From the NCBI GenBank assembly GCA_965205015.1, contig OZ242029.1, forward strand, positions 5,504,001-5,568,000: a stretch of 64,000 nucleotides of DNA. Direction: 5' to 3'. Positions 58,565 to 64,000 of the stretch are shown here, piece by piece (the first letter of the stretch is position 1; each line of letters begins with the position of its first letter). This DNA comes from Candidatus Poribacteria bacterium. GTDB taxonomy: Bacteria; Poribacteria; WGA-4E; WGA-3G. Both the position numbers and the translations under genes were made by a program. The notes under the pieces are model-generated. The model searched no databases. It saw only the letters and a program-made list of their open reading frames with translations, and was not told the origin of the DNA.

Positions 58565-59539
58565 CTACCCAAAGGAGACCCCCAACTTAACGCTCCGTTC
58601 CGGGTGATTGTCCATCTCTATGTAGGCTTCGACTGAATCTTCAAACGGCACAACCGGATCAACGACGCCTTCACAGTCAAATCGTCCTTGAACAAGCCAC
58701 TTCCAACAGGTATCAATAATCCGCTTAAAATTCCAACGCGGATGATCGCGGTTCGGATCGCTGTTGGCGCGTGCAAAGATGATGTTCGGAATATTGACAT
58801 GCGCGACTGCACCGAGGTCAAGTCCGCCCGTACATGCCTTCGCGCGTCCCGCATAGACGATTGTTCCTTCAAAAGTGACGCTGCGGAGGGCATCATCGAG
58901 TGCCTCGTAGATTGCACTCGTTTCTACAGCCACATCAACGCCGAGCCCGCCGGTCGCTGCTTTGAGTACTTCGCCCGTATTACTGGCAGTTGGATCAATG
59001 ACAAGCTCCGCACCCGTTTTTTCAGCGACTTTTCGCCGTCTTTCAATCGGGTCTACGGCAGCGACGAAGTCGGCCCCCGCGATCCGCGCCATCTGCACCG
59101 TCATCAACCCAATCGCACCCAGCCCGAAGACAGCAACCCGCTCGCCAACGCGAACTTTTCCATCACGAATCGCTGACATCGCAAAATGTGCTGGATCGTA
59201 ACAGACTGCCTCCTTCCAAGTCATCTGATCGGGCATCTTGAGAAGGCGATTTGCATTCCAGGTGTGGGTCTCTTTGAGGTGCCCGTGACTCGTGACGCGT
59301 TCTCCAATCTCAAACCCTTCAACCTCGTCCCCGATCTCAATGATCTTTCCGACACACATATTCCCAAGTCCCAATGGAAAATTTGGGTTGTTGTATCCGT
59401 AGTACGCCGTCAGCTCGGTGCCGCGCTTAGGTGCCCCGAATTCGACTTGAACCCGGACGCTATCCGCGGGAACGGGACCCTCTTCATATTCCCTGAGAAC
59501 GGGTTGCCGAGGGGCAACCGCGACTAATTCTTTTGGCAT
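58565..59539 (-). CDS. MDR-family (zinc-binding-type) alcohol dehydrogenase
   Basis: RGTE, VAVFGLGAIG, GVDVAVETS. Confidence 0.8.
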   Translation of the reverse strand: MPKELVAVAPRQPVLREYEEGPVPADSVRVQVEFGAPKRGTELTAYYGYNNPNFPLGLGNMCVGKIIEIGDEVEGFEIGERVTSHGHLKETHTWNANRLLKMPDQMTWKEAVCYDPAHFAMSAIRDGKVRVGERVAVFGLGAIGLMTVQMARIAGADFVAAVDPIERRRKVAEKTGAELVIDPTASNTGEVLKAATGGLGVDVAVETSAIYEALDDALRSVTFEGTIVYAGRAKACTGGLDLGAVAHVNIPNIIFARANSDPNRDHPRWNFKRIIDTCWKWLVQGRFDCEGVVDPVVPFEDSVEAYIEMDNHPERSVKLGVSFG

Positions 59540-59561
59540 TTTTTCACCTTCAAAAATATAA

Positions 59562-59733
59562 GTGAAACCCAACATTAAGTTGGATTGTTGGGTTTCGCTG
59601 TAGCCTTTTTCATGAACAGTTCATTAGAAAACAGTATTTCCATTGAGATTTGATGGCTCTCGGTCTTTCACCGCTCACCCCAACCTACGGTGACCCCCTT
59701 ACTGGTGAACGGCACACGGAGTGTGCCGACTAC
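59562..59733. repeat. Partial copy of the 51969-52213 element plus a REP palindrome
   Basis: GTGAAACCCAAC...GTTGGGTTTCGCTG...CGCTCACCCCAACCTACGG; ACGGCACACGGAGTGTGCCGACTAC. Confidence 0.7.
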
Positions 59734-59734
59734 C

Positions 59735-62230
59735 TTAGTGTGGGATACCCAATTGATGCATCCGCCGGTGAATCGCCTCTCGTGCCTCTTGGAAGGGACG
59801 AGAGAGAAATTCCAGATGATCATCCTCACCGTGATGGTGTGTTACAGTGCCGGGTTCATGGTGACGCGCCGTCTCTTGAATATAGGACAATCCGCCCTCA
59901 ATCAAAGTCAGCATGTAGTTCGCCGTTTCCGGATCAAACATCCACCACTCACCGCCGACGGCTATGTAGACAGGAGAGGTATGGGCAATGATACCGCGTC
60001 CCCATCCATCGTGGTGGGGAACGGCTTGTGCGTAGTTCGGTCCGCCGCACCGCGCTGCAATCCACGAATGCTTGTCCACCTTCAGATTTGCTTTCAGGTG
60101 CAGATGGGCTTTGCCCGCTTTGTCTTCAGTTGAAGCGACGACGTGTCCCGCTTGAAGAATCTGTAAGGTGTGGATCGGGAAGATGGAATCCGCGGAGGCT
60201 TCAACCTCGACAGTGCCACCGTTACCGGGCAGATTGATCGTACTACCGATCGGTTGCCCATCGACGGTCAGACGGATCATGGGACCGCCGCTGAGGAACG
60301 TGTTGCCAGCACTCATGTATTTGCACCAGTTATCGTAATTGAATTCCTCGTTATCAGGGATGTGGACATAGGTACGATAAACACCGACGGGGACATCGCT
60401 ACTCATCTTATCCGTCCCCCCAACGAGTGGCAATTTATAGCCACAGTTGAGATAACGGTAATACTCAAGGTGTCCATACATAGCATTGGTGAGGTACTCG
60501 ACGGCATCAACCCGTCCGGTAGCGATGAGCGTCGCCGGTTCACAATTCGGATTTGGGATGTGTGGTAACACAACGGTGCCCCCCTGCGCGTGGCACGCAT
60601 CTGCCCAATGCGAAAGTGTGACCTCCATATTTCCGCCGAGTTCGGCTTCTCCCGGACCGTCTGAACACCACGGCGCGACCTGCTCCTTTAAACCGAGGAG
60701 CGTGAGATGCCCGAGGAGATGCTGGCGATTCTCCTGCGTCGCATAGACAATACTCCGTCCATCGGCAGACGTTGTGGGTCTTCCGATGAACTCTTCCGTA
60801 TTTGTAAAGAGATGCCCCCACTGGGATAGGAGAAGGTTGACAACGCCGAGGTCCTCGCCTTGTGCCTCGGTATGTGCGCCCTGTGTAGACAGAAAATGAA
60901 CGTGCGTATCGCCACTGAAATAGCGTTCGGCGTTCATATCGCACCACCGCTTTAAGCGCAACGTCAACTCGCGTTGTCCCGGTTTTATGTTGACGGTGGT
61001 TCGTAAGGGGGTATATTCAAAGCCACGCGCGACATCAACGATAACATCTCCACGCGGCAGCCATCCCTGACACGTGCCGTCAATGTAGGCGTAACTAATC
61101 TGTCCTAACCGGACATCCCCCCCGACATCCACGTGCCATGTCCCCATGTTTGAATTGACGTGGGCATGGTGACCATGTGGTGCATACGGCACGCCGTGCG
61201 GGGAACGGAAATGGATGCGACACGGCACCGGTCTATTCGTATCCTCGTCAATCACGGTGGTATGCACCCAGTTTCTGCCGGAATCGATGACCTCTACCTT
61301 AACCCGTTCGTTGGGTTGCACGACACCTTTTTCCTCGACTTCCCCCCAATTGACAGTGCCGAGCGTCTCGCCTTGATTTTTGACTTCAACACTGGCAGAG
61401 GGAGTCGCGGATACTTCAACGTACGCCGGACTGCTTTTGTTGTTTTGGGATTCACCCCAGCCTTTGAAATCGTCATTGATAAACGCATCGGGCGCGTTTT
61501 CCGGTAACGGATACGGATAGGTCGCAACGCCACGGTCGACAGTGACGTCCATATCAAAAGGTTTCTCGGCATCCTCAGATTGGGGTAGCGTGATTTTGAC
61601 TTCACGGCGGGGATGACGCGGGATCGGACTCTCGTCGAGGTAACCGAGTGTGATCGCTGCCACAATAAAACGCCGTTCCTGCGGCTGAATTTCGATGGAA
61701 GCGACTTCAACGCCGTCTCTCGGATTTTTCCACACCCACAAATAGTAGTCACGCGGTGTCCCTTGGCTCACTTCGGTTTGTCGGTTGCCCGCGGATCCCC
61801 AAGGTCCCTCGTGGCGTGGCGATAAACTTTCCTGCCGGTCAGGGATAGCAAGGAAGGTCTGTTGCCCCCACCCCTGTGGCACACCGCCGATCTCAAAGCG
61901 TTCGCGAATCGGCACACTCACCGTTTCACCATCAGTGTAATGGAAAACGTAATTGGCAATCAACTTGGCGATCGGTTCGCCTTCAGGGATACGTGACTCA
62001 AGCAAACGATGCACGAAGATCACTCGCTTCGGGCTTGCACCGACAGGAACCTGGATAGGGTCGGTGTTAACGTCCTCACCGAAACCCAAGAAACAGGTTG
62101 TGCCTTCAGCGATGTCGAAAGGAAGTCCGTGGAACGTCTGCGCTCCGAGGGTGGGCGTTGCGTTCTCGCCGAGAATCTCTGTGCCGACATTGCACAAAGC
62201 GGAAAGTGAAATAGATTGGTAGTCTCTCAT
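59735..62230 (-). CDS. CehA/McbA-like PHP-fold metallohydrolase
   Basis: RGFEY, SGDTHVH, LNCGYKLPLVGGTD, AHTSPVY. Confidence 0.75.
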   Translation of the reverse strand: MRDYQSISLSALCNVGTEILGENATPTLGAQTFHGLPFDIAEGTTCFLGFGEDVNTDPIQVPVGASPKRVIFVHRLLESRIPEGEPIAKLIANYVFHYTDGETVSVPIRERFEIGGVPQGWGQQTFLAIPDRQESLSPRHEGPWGSAGNRQTEVSQGTPRDYYLWVWKNPRDGVEVASIEIQPQERRFIVAAITLGYLDESPIPRHPRREVKITLPQSEDAEKPFDMDVTVDRGVATYPYPLPENAPDAFINDDFKGWGESQNNKSSPAYVEVSATPSASVEVKNQGETLGTVNWGEVEEKGVVQPNERVKVEVIDSGRNWVHTTVIDEDTNRPVPCRIHFRSPHGVPYAPHGHHAHVNSNMGTWHVDVGGDVRLGQISYAYIDGTCQGWLPRGDVIVDVARGFEYTPLRTTVNIKPGQRELTLRLKRWCDMNAERYFSGDTHVHFLSTQGAHTEAQGEDLGVVNLLLSQWGHLFTNTEEFIGRPTTSADGRSIVYATQENRQHLLGHLTLLGLKEQVAPWCSDGPGEAELGGNMEVTLSHWADACHAQGGTVVLPHIPNPNCEPATLIATGRVDAVEYLTNAMYGHLEYYRYLNCGYKLPLVGGTDKMSSDVPVGVYRTYVHIPDNEEFNYDNWCKYMSAGNTFLSGGPMIRLTVDGQPIGSTINLPGNGGTVEVEASADSIFPIHTLQILQAGHVVASTEDKAGKAHLHLKANLKVDKHSWIAARCGGPNYAQAVPHHDGWGRGIIAHTSPVYIAVGGEWWMFDPETANYMLTLIEGGLSYIQETARHHEPGTVTHHHGEDDHLEFLSRPFQEAREAIHRRMHQLGIPH

Positions 62231-62272
62231 TTTTTCTAATCTTCCTTTTAAAGCCCCAGCGGGGCGACATGT

Positions 62273-63268
62273 CTATAGAGGAAAATCAATTGACTGTCCC
62301 TGCTCAGAGGACATATAGAACGCCTGCATCAACTCTGTGAGGTTACGTCCATCTTGGATCGTAATGGTCATCGGTTCATCGCGAAGAATAGCGTTAATCC
62401 ACTGCTGTATCGGTTCAGGGGGTGCTGCGGGAGCGTTAGCGACGTATTCCGCTTTCTCCGCATCGGAAAGCTTGCGGGTTTCAAAATGCATCTCGCCGTG
62501 TCCCGCGGCGAATGAACCCTCCGTGCCGTAGATTTCAAGTAGGTTCGGACCGGAACGGTGCGTCCACGCCACATCAATCACGCCGAGCGCTTTGTTCGCG
62601 AACTCAACGACGGAAACGCTGTTATCATCAATCGGGAAGTTGCCAGTGAAGTTGTTAATCTTAGCGATAGCACTCTTCGGTTCTCCCATCAACCACCGAA
62701 TAACATCGACCCGGTGACACCCTAAGTCAAAAAGGGCACCGCCGCCTGCACGCTCAGCATCGGCGAACCAAGCACTCGTCCCGCTGAACCAACTATCCAG
62801 TGCGGCAGAATGCGCAATCCGTCCCCTACCGAACGTGATATCCCCAAGCAGTCCATCGTCAATCGCCTTTTTCGCAAACAGGATTTCAGGGTTCGCCCGG
62901 GAAGGCAGCGAAATCATGAACTTTACACCCGCCTTCTCGACGGCATCAATAATGGGATCACATTCGGCGACGGTAATCGCGAGTGCCTTCTCGGTGAAGA
63001 TGTGTTTTCCGGCTTCAGCGGCAGCGATCATTACCCGCGGATGGTCGGACGTAATCGCGTCAACGGCGACTGCGTCTACATCGTCGCGGCTGAGGACTTC
63101 ATCGAGATCGGTGTAAAAAGGTACTTCGTACTGTTCTGCTGCTTCTCTTCCACCGTATTCCTCCTCGTCCCAGACGGCAACGAGTTCGGTTTCAGGGTTT
63201 TCGTTAATTTTTCGGGCATAACCACCGGCGTGGACATGTGCCATACTAATCTTTGCGACCCTAATCAT
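62273..63268 (-). CDS. Gfo/Idh/MocA family oxidoreductase
   Basis: AGKHIFTEK, GGGALFDLGCH, IYGTEG. Confidence 0.9.
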   Translation of the reverse strand: MIRVAKISMAHVHAGGYARKINENPETELVAVWDEEEYGGREAAEQYEVPFYTDLDEVLSRDDVDAVAVDAITSDHPRVMIAAAEAGKHIFTEKALAITVAECDPIIDAVEKAGVKFMISLPSRANPEILFAKKAIDDGLLGDITFGRGRIAHSAALDSWFSGTSAWFADAERAGGGALFDLGCHRVDVIRWLMGEPKSAIAKINNFTGNFPIDDNSVSVVEFANKALGVIDVAWTHRSGPNLLEIYGTEGSFAAGHGEMHFETRKLSDAEKAEYVANAPAAPPEPIQQWINAILRDEPMTITIQDGRNLTELMQAFYMSSEQGQSIDFPL

Positions 63269-63300
63269 GTAATACTCCTTTTAGGCGAAACTTGCTAAAA

Positions 63301-63393
63301 TAGAACTTACGCAATTTCTATGGAAGACCTACGGCCCACACACCGCTGGCGAGGTTTCAAACCTCGTCAGCAAAGGATGCTGCGTAAGTCCTG
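63301..63393. mobile_element. Short MITE-like element
   Basis: AGAACTTACGCA...TGCGTAAGTCCT ends, internal hairpin 63345-63371, TAAAA on both flanks. Confidence 0.6.
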
Positions 63394-63398
63394 TAAAA

Positions 63399-64000
63399 TT
63401 ATATAATTCTTCCAACAGAAGAGCGGGTTGCGAGATGGTTCCAACCACGGAGGACCAATTGGACGTTGGTGTGGCGATTCTCGGATTCGATCTCATCATC
63501 ACCCGCAAGCATTTGGACGAGGACACTCTTTCGCGTCCGGTTCGAGCGGTTCGGCATTGAGCCGTGCAGGGTAAAGTAACTAAAGAAAAGCACATCGCCG
63601 GGTTCCGCTTCTAAAACGGTGGCTCCTTCAATAGGATATTTTTCGGTAACTTCAGCGTTCTTTCCGCTGCCCATCATACCATCTGTGCGTCCGAGCTGCT
63701 TGTGGGATCCCGGATAGACACGAACACACCCCATTTCATCGGTAGCCTCTGAAACGTAGATGATGGCAGCTATCATCGTGTCTTTGACGGACGGAAAATA
63801 CTGCCAATCTTGGTGCATCGGAAAGGGAGCACCTTGCTCCGGTGGTTTGCAAAAAAGTTTGGAATGATGCAGCATAATATCGGGTCCGAGGATGGCTTCG
63901 GTAACATCAAGAAACTTTTCCTGCATGAACGCCTGCAACCAGATCCCAGAGAAACTCTGGATATTGTGCGTATGGATGATCACAGATTCACCGCCATCAA
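63399..64000 (-). CDS. PhyH family dioxygenase (5' end beyond the window)
   Basis: PMHQD, VYPGSHK, LHGSMPNRS; frame open to the window edge. Confidence 0.88.
   Translation of the reverse strand, partial: DGGESVIIHTHNIQSFSGIWLQAFMQEKFLDVTEAILGPDIMLHHSKLFCKPPEQGAPFPMHQDWQYFPSVKDTMIAAIIYVSEATDEMGCVRVYPGSHKQLGRTDGMMGSGKNAEVTEKYPIEGATVLEAEPGDVLFFSYFTLHGSMPNRSNRTRKSVLVQMLAGDDEIESENRHTNVQLVLRGWNHLATRSSVGRII

Overview
Bacterial genomic window of about 50% GC with roughly 60 genes. The repertoire fits a sponge-symbiont Candidatus Poribacteria genome (inference, not verified): LamG proteins with a C-terminal TTW motif, many PhyH dioxygenases, sulfatases, Gfo/Idh/MocA oxidoreductases, Uma2 nucleases, and WD40/LRR dockerin proteins, one with a T9SS-like tail. 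No rRNA, tRNA, CRISPR array or intact transposase was seen. Main observations: (1) three selenoprotein genes that the ORF track splits at in-frame UGA codons. Two are tandem HMA-domain lipoproteins (GMT-U-GAC) and one is a peroxiredoxin-like lipoprotein (U-GD-C); each has a SECIS-like hairpin and a lipoprotein signal. (2) A duplicated unit of [methyltransferase 3' end + promoter] that drives two unrelated cargo genes, one a PIN toxin module, and contains four nested inverted-repeat pairs. (3) A probable tandem Hfq/Sm-domain protein. (4) A shared C-terminal motif on secreted proteins and a PorV-like gene. (5) A pair of PhyH paralogs with HxG in place of HxD. (6) An octaheme HAO-like cytochrome with a membrane partner. 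(7) Several dispersed REP/MITE families.
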